This document shows positions 9,132 through 18,528 of a stretch of 35,159 nt of DNA, in pieces. The notes beneath the pieces are model-generated. The model worked only from the letters and a program-made list of their open reading frames with translations, did not search any database and had not been told where the DNA came from. The stretch spans positions 1 through 35,159 of the forward strand of contig JACCSV010000225.1 in the NCBI GenBank assembly GCA_013812805.1, in the 5' to 3' direction. The position numbers and the translations under genes are program-made. Origin of the DNA: Sphingomonas sp. Its GTDB lineage: Bacteria; Pseudomonadota; Alphaproteobacteria; Sphingomonadales; Sphingomonadaceae. Each line of letters begins with the position of its first letter. Positions within the stretch are counted from its first letter, which is position 1.

Positions 9132-11471
9132 TTAGCCGGCGGCCCGCATGTTCGAAAGCCCGAGCACCATCTGGTTGGCGCGTTCATAGGCGAGCGGCCG
9201 GCCGAACAGATATCCCTGGATGGTATCGCAGCCGAGGTCGCGCATGCGCTCGAAGTCCTCGGGGGTTTCGACGCCTTCAGCGGTCACCGACATGCGGAAG
9301 CTCTTGGCGAGCTGGACGATCGACTGGATGATCGCGACATTCTCGGGGCGGGTCCCGGCTTCGCGAACGAAGCTGCCGTCGATCTTGAGTTTGTGGAAGA
9401 TCGCCTTGTTCAGATAGCCGATCGAGGAATAGCCGGTGCCGAAGTCATCGAGCGCAATCCCGACGCCCAGCGAGCGCAGGCGCTTGAGCACGTCGAGGGT
9501 CAATCCGTTGTCGCCCAGGAACACGCCTTCGGTGACTTCCAGCTCGATCCGATTACCCTGCACCCGATGCCGGGCGAGCGCTTCGCTGACGATATTGGGC
9601 AGCGCCGGCATCAGGATCTGTTTGGGGCTGACGTTCAGCGCCACCGAGATGTTTTCCGGCCACGAGGCCGCGGCCTTGCATGCTTCCTCGATCACCCACT
9701 GCCCGATCGCACCCATCAGACCGATTTCCTCGGCGGCCGGGATGAAGACGTTAGGCGGCACCAGCCCGCGCTTCGGGTGGTTCCACCGCAGCAGCGCCTC
9801 GAAGCCGATCAGCTTCTGGGTCCTGGCATTGATCAGTGGCTGGAAAACCAAGTGGAACTGCTTGGCGGCAAGCGCGCCGCGGAGGTCGGTTTCCATCCGC
9901 ACCCGATCCTCCTGCTCCGACTGCAGCTCGGACGAGAAATAACGCGCAACGCCCCGGCCGGCGTCCTTTGCCTGATAGAGCGCAAGGTCGGCCTTGAGGA
10001 TCAGATCGTCGACGGTGGCGCCGTCGATCGGGCCGAAAGCGCAGCCTATCGAAACGCCGATCCGGATTTCGGTGCCCTCGATCAGGTACGGCTGCTTGAT
10101 CGCCTCGATGATCTTCTGCGCCAGATGCTCGACGCTGGTGCGGCTTTGCGCGTCGGTGACGACGACCGCGAATTCATCGCCGCCCATGCGCCCGACATGG
10201 CCGTCGTTTGCGACCTGGTCGACCAGCCGCTTGGCGACTCCGCGCAGCACTGCATCGCCCTTGGGGTGGCCGAAGGTGTCGTTGACCGGCTTGAAGCCGT
10301 CGAGGTCGAGAAAAAGGATCGCGCAAGGGACGTTGCTGACCGTCGCGCCGCGGAGCGCATCACCGAGTAATTGGCGGACCCGTCCGCGATTGGGCAGGCC
10401 CGACAGCACATCGACATTGGCAAGATGGGTTAGCCGTTCCTGCGTCTGGCGGATTTCGGTAACGTCGGAGCCGACCCCGCGGAAGCCTTCGAAGCGGCCG
10501 GCAGTGTCGACGATCGGGTCACCGGCGATCGAGATCCACCGCGGCCCGTGCGTGGTCTCCAGCTCCATCTCCAGCGCGTTGAACGCCTGCTTTTCGAGCA
10601 GCTTGCGGCCCAATTCGGCATGCCCGCCGAGCAGGGAGGGAAGCGAGTGGCCGAGCAGTTGATTGGCCGGCCGGCCGAGCAACGCGGTCATCCGCGAAGA
10701 AATGTAGGTGACCCGGTTCTCCGGGTCGACTTGCCACAGCCAGCCGACCCCGCGTTGCTCATATTCCTGGAGCAGCAGCGAAGCGCTTTCGCTTTGCGAT
10801 CCCACGTCGGCGTTGGTCTTCATCTGGTTGAATGCCCAGCGGGCGACGGCAAGCACGCCGAAAATGGCGACTCCGATCGTGAACAGGATCGATAGCATGT
10901 GCTCGAACGGAACGCTGTTGCGCCCGATCAGCAGGGCGATGCACAGGCCGGCGGTAAAGCTTGCCATCCAGGCGACGACGCAGGGGAGCACGACCACTAG
11001 CCCAAGCGCGGCAATACCCAGGCCGGCAATGATCGAGGCGGCGATCACCTGCTGCCCGACCGGCAACCACTGGAACAGGTAAACCGGCAGCGACAGCCAC
11101 AGCAGCGCCCGCAAGGCGATGTCCCCGACCAGCATCGAGTCGGGAACGCGCCGTCCGGTGCGGCCGACGTGGGTAATCGCGTGAGTGCGGGCGATCTGCA
11201 TGGCGACGAAGTTCGCGGCGGTCACCGCGCCCGCCCATCCCACCAGCCAGGCGATCGGCGCGTGCCCAAGCAAGGCTGCAACCATCATCGCCGAAGCAAC
11301 GACATTGGCAGCCGAGAAGAACGGTGCGAGCTCGGCACGGGCGATCAGCTGCGCGTCCCGCAACGGCGAGGACTCGCCGTCGGCAGCCATGCTCGCCGAG
11401 AAGGCCGCCGACTCGCCGTCCGGCAGGCGTGCTGAAATCATCCGTTTGTAACGGTCTGGGGCTTCGTACAT
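9132..11471 (-). CDS. membrane-bound PAS-GGDEF-EAL diguanylate cyclase/phosphodiesterase
   Basis: About 6 N-terminal hydrophobic segments, PAS-like WLWQVD...GFRGVGSDVTE, DLDGFKPVND, GGDEF, EAL, DDFGTGYSS, KIDGSFV, EGVET, QGYLF. Confidence 0.95.
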   Translation of the reverse strand: MYEAPDRYKRMISARLPDGESAAFSASMAADGESSPLRDAQLIARAELAPFFSAANVVASAMMVAALLGHAPIAWLVGWAGAVTAANFVAMQIARTHAITHVGRTGRRVPDSMLVGDIALRALLWLSLPVYLFQWLPVGQQVIAASIIAGLGIAALGLVVVLPCVVAWMASFTAGLCIALLIGRNSVPFEHMLSILFTIGVAIFGVLAVARWAFNQMKTNADVGSQSESASLLLQEYEQRGVGWLWQVDPENRVTYISSRMTALLGRPANQLLGHSLPSLLGGHAELGRKLLEKQAFNALEMELETTHGPRWISIAGDPIVDTAGRFEGFRGVGSDVTEIRQTQERLTHLANVDVLSGLPNRGRVRQLLGDALRGATVSNVPCAILFLDLDGFKPVNDTFGHPKGDAVLRGVAKRLVDQVANDGHVGRMGGDEFAVVVTDAQSRTSVEHLAQKIIEAIKQPYLIEGTEIRIGVSIGCAFGPIDGATVDDLILKADLALYQAKDAGRGVARYFSSELQSEQEDRVRMETDLRGALAAKQFHLVFQPLINARTQKLIGFEALLRWNHPKRGLVPPNVFIPAAEEIGLMGAIGQWVIEEACKAAASWPENISVALNVSPKQILMPALPNIVSEALARHRVQGNRIELEVTEGVFLGDNGLTLDVLKRLRSLGVGIALDDFGTGYSSIGYLNKAIFHKLKIDGSFVREAGTRPENVAIIQSIVQLAKSFRMSVTAEGVETPEDFERMRDLGCDTIQGYLFGRPLAYERANQMVLGLSNMRAAG

Positions 11472-11514
11472 CCGCGTCCCGCTCTCTGGTCTCCCCCATC
11501 GGTAGGAGAAGAGA

Positions 11515-11530
11515 GTTGAAACGCAGTTAA
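11515..11530 (-). promoter_or_regulatory. CtrA-like binding site
   Basis: Minus strand TTAA-CTGCGTT-TCAAC, one mismatch to TTAA-N7-TTAAC, about 45 bp upstream of the GGDEF-EAL start. Confidence 0.5.
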
Positions 11531-11540
11531 GAAATCCGGC

Positions 11541-13463
11541 TCAAAGCCCGAGCTTGTCGAGTCCGCGGGTGGTGATCGGGTGGTATCCTGCCCGCGCCCG
11601 GCGATAGACCCGAGCGGCGATCGGCCGCCCCCATTGCTGGTCCTTGGCCAAGGCCTCGATCAGCGGCGCCACGAACTTGCGCCGGCCCTGGGTCGTCAGG
11701 AAGCGCTCGAGCGCGGGTACCGCGGGATCGTACCGGTTGGCGACGGCAAGGCTGAGCCAGGCGTACAGCACCTCATTATTGCGAGTCTCCGACAGCCGCA
11801 GCTGCTGGTCGAGCGCGCGCAGCCGCTGCCCGTCGATCTTGCGCGGCAACCGGTTGACGAAGCGAAGCCGCTCGGCGGTCGTCCAGCGCGCCCACGGCTG
11901 CGCGGGGATGGCGCCGCCGCCGGTAAATTGCTGCACGGCCCGATCGACCTCGGCAAAGGCATTGGGGTTGGGCTTGACCATGGTTGCCGGAAGCCCCGGC
12001 TGGTTGACCCACTGGTCGAGCATCAGCTTCTGTTCGAGCCGCTCGTCGCCCTTGATCAGATGCTCGCGAATGTCGGCGAGGAAGATTGCCGAAGTTACCG
12101 GCTGGAACGCGTGGCGCGTGAACCAGCCCTTGAGCCAGGCATCGAAGCGCTCGCGTCCCACCGCGGTCTCGATGCTTCGAAGGAAGGCGGCGCCCTTCTC
12201 ATAGGCGATTTCGGTCAGCCCTTCGTCCGGATGCCGGCCCTTGAGGTCGATACGCAAGCGGGTGTCGGCGCCCGAAGCGCCGCCAAGCGTCTCGATCTGC
12301 TCGTTCAGCGAATCGACGCCCAGCGCATATTGCTGCGCCGCCACCTTCGGCCCGTAGATGGCCTCGATGATCCGGTAGGTCGCGTAGGTCGTCATCCCCT
12401 CGTTGAGCCAGAAATCGGCCCAGGTCGCGTTGGTCGCAAGGTTGCCCGACCAGCTGTGCGCAAGCTCGTGCGCGATCAGGCTCACCAGGCTCTTGTCACC
12501 GGCGATGAAGGTCGGGGTGAGAAAGGTGAGGTTGGGGTTCTCCATGCCGCCAAACGGGAAGGACGGCGGCAGCACCAGCATGTCGTAGCGGCCCCAGCGG
12601 TACGGACCGAACAGCTCTTCGGCCGCATCGATCATTTTCTCGGTGTCCTCGAGCTCTTTGGCCGCCGCCGGCAGCATCGAGGGCTCGGTCCACACGCCCG
12701 AGCGGGGCCCGAGCTCCTGGAAAGCGAGGTCGCCGACCGCGATCGCGATCAGATACGGCGCCACCGGATTGGCCATGCGGTACTTGAACACCCGCATGTT
12801 GCCCTGCGTAGTCGGCTCGCCGACGCGCTGCGAGCTCATCACCGCGGTCAGTGGCGCCGGCACCCGGATGGTGGCTTCCCAGCTCTGGCGGATGCCTGGG
12901 GAATCCTGGGTCGGGATCCAGGACCGGTTCTCGATCGGCTGGCCCTGGCTGAACAGATAGGGGTGCTTCTTGCCGGCGGTCTGTTCCGGCGTCAGCCACT
13001 GCAGGGAGCCGGCATCGGGCGCCGATTTGTAGCGGATCATGATTCGGCGGGTGTCGGGCCGCAGCGCGATCGCAAGCGGAGCCCCGAGGATCTCGTCGCT
13101 GGCCCCGACCTTATATTCGAGCGGTTGCCCGGCAGCGTCGGTGATCGCCTGGATCTCCAGCCCCTTGTCGTCGAGGATAATCTCCTTGGCGTCAGGCTTG
13201 CGGTCGATGTCGAGCGCGGCGAGCCCGCCAATCCGCTTGGCGTCGAAATCGACGGTGAGGTCGAGCGCCAGGTGAGTGACTCGCGCTTCCAGCGGCTTGG
13301 CATAGCTGTGAATATCGACCGCGTCCGCGGTCGTCAGGATCGTGGAGACCTGCGGCGCGGCATTGCCGGTGGCATTACCCTGGTCGCCGGACGGGTTGCA
13401 GGCGCCGAGGACGGCGAGGCTGAAAGCGGCCGCTGCGGCCATGACGATGCGCAATGGGTTCAT
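11541..13463 (-). CDS. M1 family zinc aminopeptidase (leukotriene A4 hydrolase-like), lipoprotein
   Basis: Lipobox LGAC, GGMEN, HELAH...WLNEG zinc motif, AYEKG, and an LTA4H-type C-terminus GRRKFV. Start ATG 13463. Confidence 0.94.
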   Translation of the reverse strand: MNPLRIVMAAAAAFSLAVLGACNPSGDQGNATGNAAPQVSTILTTADAVDIHSYAKPLEARVTHLALDLTVDFDAKRIGGLAALDIDRKPDAKEIILDDKGLEIQAITDAAGQPLEYKVGASDEILGAPLAIALRPDTRRIMIRYKSAPDAGSLQWLTPEQTAGKKHPYLFSQGQPIENRSWIPTQDSPGIRQSWEATIRVPAPLTAVMSSQRVGEPTTQGNMRVFKYRMANPVAPYLIAIAVGDLAFQELGPRSGVWTEPSMLPAAAKELEDTEKMIDAAEELFGPYRWGRYDMLVLPPSFPFGGMENPNLTFLTPTFIAGDKSLVSLIAHELAHSWSGNLATNATWADFWLNEGMTTYATYRIIEAIYGPKVAAQQYALGVDSLNEQIETLGGASGADTRLRIDLKGRHPDEGLTEIAYEKGAAFLRSIETAVGRERFDAWLKGWFTRHAFQPVTSAIFLADIREHLIKGDERLEQKLMLDQWVNQPGLPATMVKPNPNAFAEVDRAVQQFTGGGAIPAQPWARWTTAERLRFVNRLPRKIDGQRLRALDQQLRLSETRNNEVLYAWLSLAVANRYDPAVPALERFLTTQGRRKFVAPLIEALAKDQQWGRPIAARVYRRARAGYHPITTRGLDKLGL

Positions 13464-13530
13464 GGCATCGGTAACTGCACCGGTTGGACCTGTCTCGCAA
13501 TGGTCAAGGCGTCGGCCTATATCGGTGGCA

Positions 13531-14706
13531 ATGGCAACCGAGAGCGTAGCCCTGAGCGACCGCCGCGAGCCGAAGGCCCCGCGCCGCATCGACACGCCGC
13601 GCATCGAATCCCCGGCGCGCCCGATCCTCGAGGGCGTCGGGCTCGACGCGCCCTTCTTCGAGGACAAGAACCGCGCCTTCTGGTTCCTGCAGAGCCTCGG
13701 CTGGAGCGGCTATTTCATCCTCCGCTCGCTGTCGGGCTTTGCCGGGGGCCTGGGCTGGATGTGGCTGGTCCACACCGCACTTCTGACGGCCACCGGCTAT
13801 TCGCTGACCCTGCTGTTGGGCGCGTTGTTCCGCCGCCTGATCAAGATGCGGGTGCTGTGGACGGCGATCCTCTCGCTGAGCTCGGTGGTGCTGGCCTCGA
13901 CCGTGTTCTCGGTAATCGAGACGTGGAGCTATGCGACCTTCCTCAAGCCCGATTCGCGGCCCGTGGGCTTCGAGTTTCTCGCTCCGATCCTGTTGAATTT
14001 CGCGCTGCTCGCGGCCTGGACCGCGCTCTATTACGGGATCAACTATTACATCCTGCTCGAGGAGCAGATCGACCAGCGCGAACGGCTCGAAAACCAGGCA
14101 TCCTCGGCCCAGCTGGCGATGCTTCGCTACCAGCTCAACCCGCACTTCCTGTTCAACACGCTCAACTCCATCTCCACCCTGGTGCTTCTCAAGCAGACCG
14201 AACGCGCCAATGCGATGCTCGCGCGGCTATCCTCCTTCCTGCGCTACACGCTGGCCAACGAATCCTCGGCCAAGGTGACGCTGGCGCAGGAAGTCGAGAC
14301 TCTGAAGCTCTACCTGGAGATCGAGAAGATGCGCTTCGAGGAGCGGATGCGCCCGCACTTTCGAATCGAGTCTGACACGATCGGGGCCCGCCTGCCCTCG
14401 CTGCTGCTGCAGCCGCTGATCGAGAATGCGATCAAATATGCGGTGACTCCGAGTGAAACCGGCGCCGATATCTGGGTCACCGCGACTCGCGAAGGCCAGG
14501 CGGTCCGAATCGAAGTCGCCGACAACGGCAACGGCGAAGGCGCCAACGTCGCCGCCACCCAGTCGACCGGAGTCGGGCTCGCCAATATCCGTGAGCGGCT
14601 GGCCCAGGCCTATGGCAGCGCCCACGGATTCACGACCAAGAAGAACGAACAGGGTGGTTTCAGCGTTGTCGTCGAAATCCCCTATGAAACCGGAGACAGG
14701 GACTGA
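13531..14706 (+). CDS. LytS/AlgZ-type sensor histidine kinase
   Basis: About 4 transmembrane segments, YQLNPHFLFNTLN H-box, LQPLIENAIKY, VADNG, GVGLANIRERL. Start ATG 13531. Confidence 0.93.
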   Translation: MATESVALSDRREPKAPRRIDTPRIESPARPILEGVGLDAPFFEDKNRAFWFLQSLGWSGYFILRSLSGFAGGLGWMWLVHTALLTATGYSLTLLLGALFRRLIKMRVLWTAILSLSSVVLASTVFSVIETWSYATFLKPDSRPVGFEFLAPILLNFALLAAWTALYYGINYYILLEEQIDQRERLENQASSAQLAMLRYQLNPHFLFNTLNSISTLVLLKQTERANAMLARLSSFLRYTLANESSAKVTLAQEVETLKLYLEIEKMRFEERMRPHFRIESDTIGARLPSLLLQPLIENAIKYAVTPSETGADIWVTATREGQAVRIEVADNGNGEGANVAATQSTGVGLANIRERLAQAYGSAHGFTTKKNEQGGFSVVVEIPYETGDRD

Positions 14707-15509
14707 TGAGCATCCGCACCATCCTGGTCGACGACGAGCCGCTTGCCACTCAGGGCCTGATGCTCCGGCTGGAAGCGCACGACGACGTGGAAATCGTCGC
14801 CACCGCCGCCAACGGCCGCGAAGCGATCCGGGCGATCAAGACCAACAAGCCTGACCTCGTCTTCCTCGACATCCAGATGCCGGGCTTCGACGGCTTCTCG
14901 GTGATCCAGGGGATGATGGAGGTGGAGCCGCCATTGTTCGTCTTCGTCACCGCTTACGGCGACCATGCGCTCCGCGCGTTCGAAGCGCAAGCAGTGGACT
15001 ATCTGATGAAGCCCGTCGACGAGGACCGCCTGGCGGCAACCATGGACCGGGTTCGACAGCGCCTCAACGAGAAGCGGGGCGCCGAAGAAGTAGGGCGGCT
15101 CAAGGAAGCGCTTGCCGAGCACGCGCCGGAGGCCGCCGGCGAACTGGTCGACGGCGGCGGCGAGGCCCACGCCGCCAACCGCTTCGAGAAAATGATCAAC
15201 ATCAAGGACCAGGGGCAGATTTTCCGGGTCGACGTCGACACCATCGAGCGCATCGACGCCGCGGGCGATTACATGTGCATCCAGACCGGCGATAACACTT
15301 TGATCCTCCGCGAGACGATGAAAGATCTGGAAAAGCGGCTCGACCCGCGCCGCTTCCAGCGCGTCCACCGCTCGACGATCGTCAACCTCGACCTCGTCAA
15401 GCAGGTCAAGCCGCACACCAACGGCGAATGCTTCTTGGTGCTGGACTCAGGCGCGCAGGTGAAGGTCAGCCGAAGCTATCGCGACGTCGTCGCCAGGTTC
15501 GTCCACTGA
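14706..15509 (+). CDS. LytTR family response regulator
   Basis: Receiver VDDE/FLDIQMP/VTAY/LMKP; LytTR domain FQRVHRSTIVN and VSRSY. TGATG coupling to the kinase. Confidence 0.95.
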   Translation: MSIRTILVDDEPLATQGLMLRLEAHDDVEIVATAANGREAIRAIKTNKPDLVFLDIQMPGFDGFSVIQGMMEVEPPLFVFVTAYGDHALRAFEAQAVDYLMKPVDEDRLAATMDRVRQRLNEKRGAEEVGRLKEALAEHAPEAAGELVDGGGEAHAANRFEKMINIKDQGQIFRVDVDTIERIDAAGDYMCIQTGDNTLILRETMKDLEKRLDPRRFQRVHRSTIVNLDLVKQVKPHTNGECFLVLDSGAQVKVSRSYRDVVARFVH

Positions 15510-16258
15510 TGGTCGGTGCAAGCCGCTTCGAGCAATTTGCCGCGCTTCACGTCCCCGGTAATCCCGTCATCCTCTACAATATCTGGGATGTCGGCAGTGC
15601 AAACGCCGTGGTCGCGGCGGGGGCCAAGGCGCTGGCGACCGGCAGCCACCCGGTCGCCGACGCCCACGGCTGGCCCGACGGCGAGGGCGTGCCGCTCGAC
15701 TTCGCGCTCGCCAACGCCGAGCGCATCGTCGGTGCTGTCGATCTCCCGGTGACGGTGGATTTCGAAAGCGCTTACTCGACTGATCCGGAGCAGGGAGCGG
15801 CGAACGTCGCACGCCTCGCGGCGACCGGCGCGGTCGGCTGCAATTTCGAGGATCAGGTGCTCGGTGGCGAGGGGGTGCACCCGCTCGACCTGCAATGCCG
15901 CCGCATCGCCGCGATTCGCGACGCTGTCGGCCCCAATTTCTTCATCAACGCGCGTACCGACCTGTTCCTTAAGACCGACAACTATGACGATGCACTGGTT
16001 GGCCAGGTGGTCGAGCGCGGCAAGGCGTTCGCCGACGCCGGCGCCAGCGGCTTCTTCGTCCCGCGGCTGGGCGACCCTCGTCAAGCCGAGCGGGTAGCTC
16101 ACGAAGTCCCGCTGCCGCTCAACCTCATCGCTTTTCCCGGCGCTCCGGCCAAGGCGGAATGGGCGAGCGCCGGAGTCGCTCGGATCAGCCACGGGCCGTT
16201 CCCGCACAAGGCTCTGATGAAGCAGCTGGAGGACGCCGCTCGGGCGGCAATCGCCTAG
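15509..16258 (+). CDS. isocitrate lyase/PEP mutase superfamily protein
   Basis: NIWDVGSA, ATGS, PVTVDFESAY, GCNFEDQ, INARTD, AGASGFFVP. ATG at 15509 overlaps the LytTR stop (TGATG). Confidence 0.88.
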   Translation: MVGASRFEQFAALHVPGNPVILYNIWDVGSANAVVAAGAKALATGSHPVADAHGWPDGEGVPLDFALANAERIVGAVDLPVTVDFESAYSTDPEQGAANVARLAATGAVGCNFEDQVLGGEGVHPLDLQCRRIAAIRDAVGPNFFINARTDLFLKTDNYDDALVGQVVERGKAFADAGASGFFVPRLGDPRQAERVAHEVPLPLNLIAFPGAPAKAEWASAGVARISHGPFPHKALMKQLEDAARAAIA

Positions 16259-17469
16259 GCAGCGGCCTTGCGCCACCAGCGGCGGCGCCCCGGCCCCGAC
16301 TTCAGCACATTGCGCCTGAACAGCCGCGAGGCAACGCGGATGATCACCGCCACCCAGGCCAGCTGCCAGGCAATTGCGACGAAGTGTGGCCACAGCTCGG
16401 GAAGCTCGGCGGCGCGGCCGATCATCACGTAAGGCGACGACAAGGGGAAAGCCGCGGCGGCGAGCGCGGCGGGGCTGTTGCCATTGCCGATTGCGACCGC
16501 CGCGACGGCGAAGATTACCACCTGTGCCATCGTCACCGGCATCGACAGCGTCTGCACCTCGCGCACCGTCGAAGCCTGCGCGCCGATGCCGAGGAAGGCT
16601 GAGCCGAGCAGCAAATAGCTCATCGCGAAATAGGCGAGGCCGAGGGTGAAGAACGCCGGCCAGCCGACCGCCGGCGCGGGGACGCCGCCGAGTCCCGGCG
16701 GGGCCCAGACCGCGATGGCCGCGTAGATCCCCATGCCCCAGACCGCGATTCCGACGAACGACATCGCCAGCATTGCCAGCAGCTTGCCCAGGAAAATCGA
16801 GTCGATCGGCACGGCCGCGGCAAGCACCTCGACGACCTTGTTCGATTTCTCCTCGACTACCTGGCTGAGCAGCATTCCGGCGAGCAGGATGGTCAGCAGG
16901 AACAACAGCCCCTGCCCGACCCTGGCAGTGTTGGCGCGGGCGCTGGTCACCGAGCCCGTCGAACCGCCGATCCGCACCACTTCCACCCGCGGCTCGGTAG
17001 TGACTGGACCATCGCGGGACCGCGCGGCTTCTCGAACGAGCAGCTGCATCTGCCGCTTCGCCGTCCCATCCGCGCCGATTGCCCCGATCAGGCGCGGTTG
17101 CTCGAGCCCGCCTTCGAGCACCGCGAGAACCGGCGGACTGTTGGCGGCAAGGATCTCGGCGCGCTGCGCCTGACGGTCCGGTTTTGGCTCGAAATGCTTG
17201 ATCCGCATCAGCTCGGTCGGAGCCAGTGCCGCCTGCAGCCGCTGGCGCGCATTTGAAATCGCGGCGAAATCCTCCTGGGACGCGACCACCCCAACCATCG
17301 GCTGCTGCATCGGGTCGAGCGCCCCGCGACCCCCGCTGATCACCGCGATCATCAGGAAGGGGAACAGCGGTCCGAGCAGGAACAGCAGGAACGCCCGCGA
17401 AAAGACGGTAGCGGTGAAGTCGCGCCGGGCGATAACGTAAGCAGCGCGAAGCAGCTCAGGGGTCCTCAT
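16255..17469 (-). CDS. ABC-2 type exporter permease (NatB/YhaP-like)
   Basis: N-terminal TM, large extracytoplasmic loop, VVEEKSNKVVEVL motif, GKLL, and several C-terminal TM segments. ATGA overlap with the ATPase. Confidence 0.9.
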   Translation of the reverse strand: MRTPELLRAAYVIARRDFTATVFSRAFLLFLLGPLFPFLMIAVISGGRGALDPMQQPMVGVVASQEDFAAISNARQRLQAALAPTELMRIKHFEPKPDRQAQRAEILAANSPPVLAVLEGGLEQPRLIGAIGADGTAKRQMQLLVREAARSRDGPVTTEPRVEVVRIGGSTGSVTSARANTARVGQGLLFLLTILLAGMLLSQVVEEKSNKVVEVLAAAVPIDSIFLGKLLAMLAMSFVGIAVWGMGIYAAIAVWAPPGLGGVPAPAVGWPAFFTLGLAYFAMSYLLLGSAFLGIGAQASTVREVQTLSMPVTMAQVVIFAVAAVAIGNGNSPAALAAAAFPLSSPYVMIGRAAELPELWPHFVAIAWQLAWVAVIIRVASRLFRRNVLKSGPGRRRWWRKAAA

Positions 17470-18461
17470 GCCGATTTGTCCATCTCGGCGGCGGCGGCGT
17501 GTCCGGCGATCGCAACGAATGCATCGTGAAGCCCGGGCCGCTCGATCGCCAGCGTCTCGATCCCCGCGCCACCGTCGATCAGCGCCTTGAGCAGCGGCTC
17601 GGGGCCGCTTTCCGGAAGCTCGAACACCCAGGCGCGGCCTTCGCGCCGGGCGTTACTCGGAATCGCTTTGCGCCACTCCCCTTCCTCGGCGCGAGTTTGC
17701 AGGCGGACGATCGGGCGGAGCTGCGCGCGGGCCTCGTCAACCTCGCCTTCGAACGCGACCTTGCCACCGGCGATAATCGCGATCCGCTCGCACAGCCGCT
17801 CTGCATGGGCGATCACATGGGTCGAGAAGATGATCGTCGCTCCGCCATCGGCCTCGCGGCGGATCAGCTCCTCGAGCTTGCCTTGGTTGATCGCGTCGAG
17901 CCCGGAAAAGGGCTCGTCGAGGACGATCAGCCGGGGATGGTGGACCAAAGTCCCCAACAGCTGCACGGTCTGCGCCATGCCCTTCGACAAGGTGCGGATC
18001 GGCTTGCGCCCCCATTCCCCCAGACCGTGCCGCTCGAGCAACTCGTCGGCCCGCCTGCGCCCCTCGGCGATCGGCAGGCCGCGCAGCGCCCCCATGAAGG
18101 CAACCGCCTCCCGCGACTGCATCGCCGGGTAAAGTCCGCGCTCCTCGGGCAGATAGCCGACCAGCCGAGCCGCCTCGATCGGCCGCGAATGACCGAGCAG
18201 TCGAACCTCGCCCGCCGACGGGTCGATGATGCCCAGCATCATCCGCAAGGTGGTGGTCTTGCCCGCGCCATTCGGGCCGAGCAGCCCGTAGATCGTCCCA
18301 GTCGGCACCGCGAGGCTGACCCCATCGACCGCCCGGGTCTCGCCGAAATCCTTGATTAGATTATTCGCTTCGACAGCCCACGTTGCCCCCTCCCGTTCTT
18401 GCTGTTCGCAAAAACCAGCATCGTTTGGGGAACGATGCGTTTTTGTCGAATGTCGAAGCAC
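17466..18461 (-). CDS. ABC exporter ATP-binding protein
   Basis: Walker A GPNGAGKTT, signature LSKGM, Walker B VLDEP, STH switch. Start uncertain (GTG 18461 after AGGA). Confidence 0.92.
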   Translation of the reverse strand: MLRHSTKTHRSPNDAGFCEQQEREGATWAVEANNLIKDFGETRAVDGVSLAVPTGTIYGLLGPNGAGKTTTLRMMLGIIDPSAGEVRLLGHSRPIEAARLVGYLPEERGLYPAMQSREAVAFMGALRGLPIAEGRRRADELLERHGLGEWGRKPIRTLSKGMAQTVQLLGTLVHHPRLIVLDEPFSGLDAINQGKLEELIRREADGGATIIFSTHVIAHAERLCERIAIIAGGKVAFEGEVDEARAQLRPIVRLQTRAEEGEWRKAIPSNARREGRAWVFELPESGPEPLLKALIDGGAGIETLAIERPGLHDAFVAIAGHAAAAEMDKSA

Positions 18462-18516
18462 TGTATTTCCTATGGAAACCGGAAGGACAGCCCTTCGACA
18501 AGCTCAGGGCAAACGG
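18444..18516. repeat. REP-like palindromic element (CCCTTCGACAAGCTCAGGGCAAACGG), left arm truncated
   Basis: Right arm at 18491-18516. Left arm TGTCGAAG (18451-18458) pairs with CTTCGACA (18493-18500), and TGTCGAA is tandemly duplicated at 18444-18457. I recognise the motif from memory as a dispersed intergenic repeat; there is only one copy in this window. Confidence 0.6.
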
Positions 18517-18528
18517 GTAACTGGAGCC

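Noticed and set aside
11580-14375. 931-aa plus-strand ORF
   Set aside because: Antisense to the M1 peptidase and out of frame with the kinase. It has no motifs and is a typical stop-poor shadow frame of high-GC coding DNA.
18352-18528. N-terminal extension of QueG (METGRTALRQAQGK...)
   Set aside because: It translates the repeat element and overlaps the divergent ATPase. QueG-like sequence begins near 18529.
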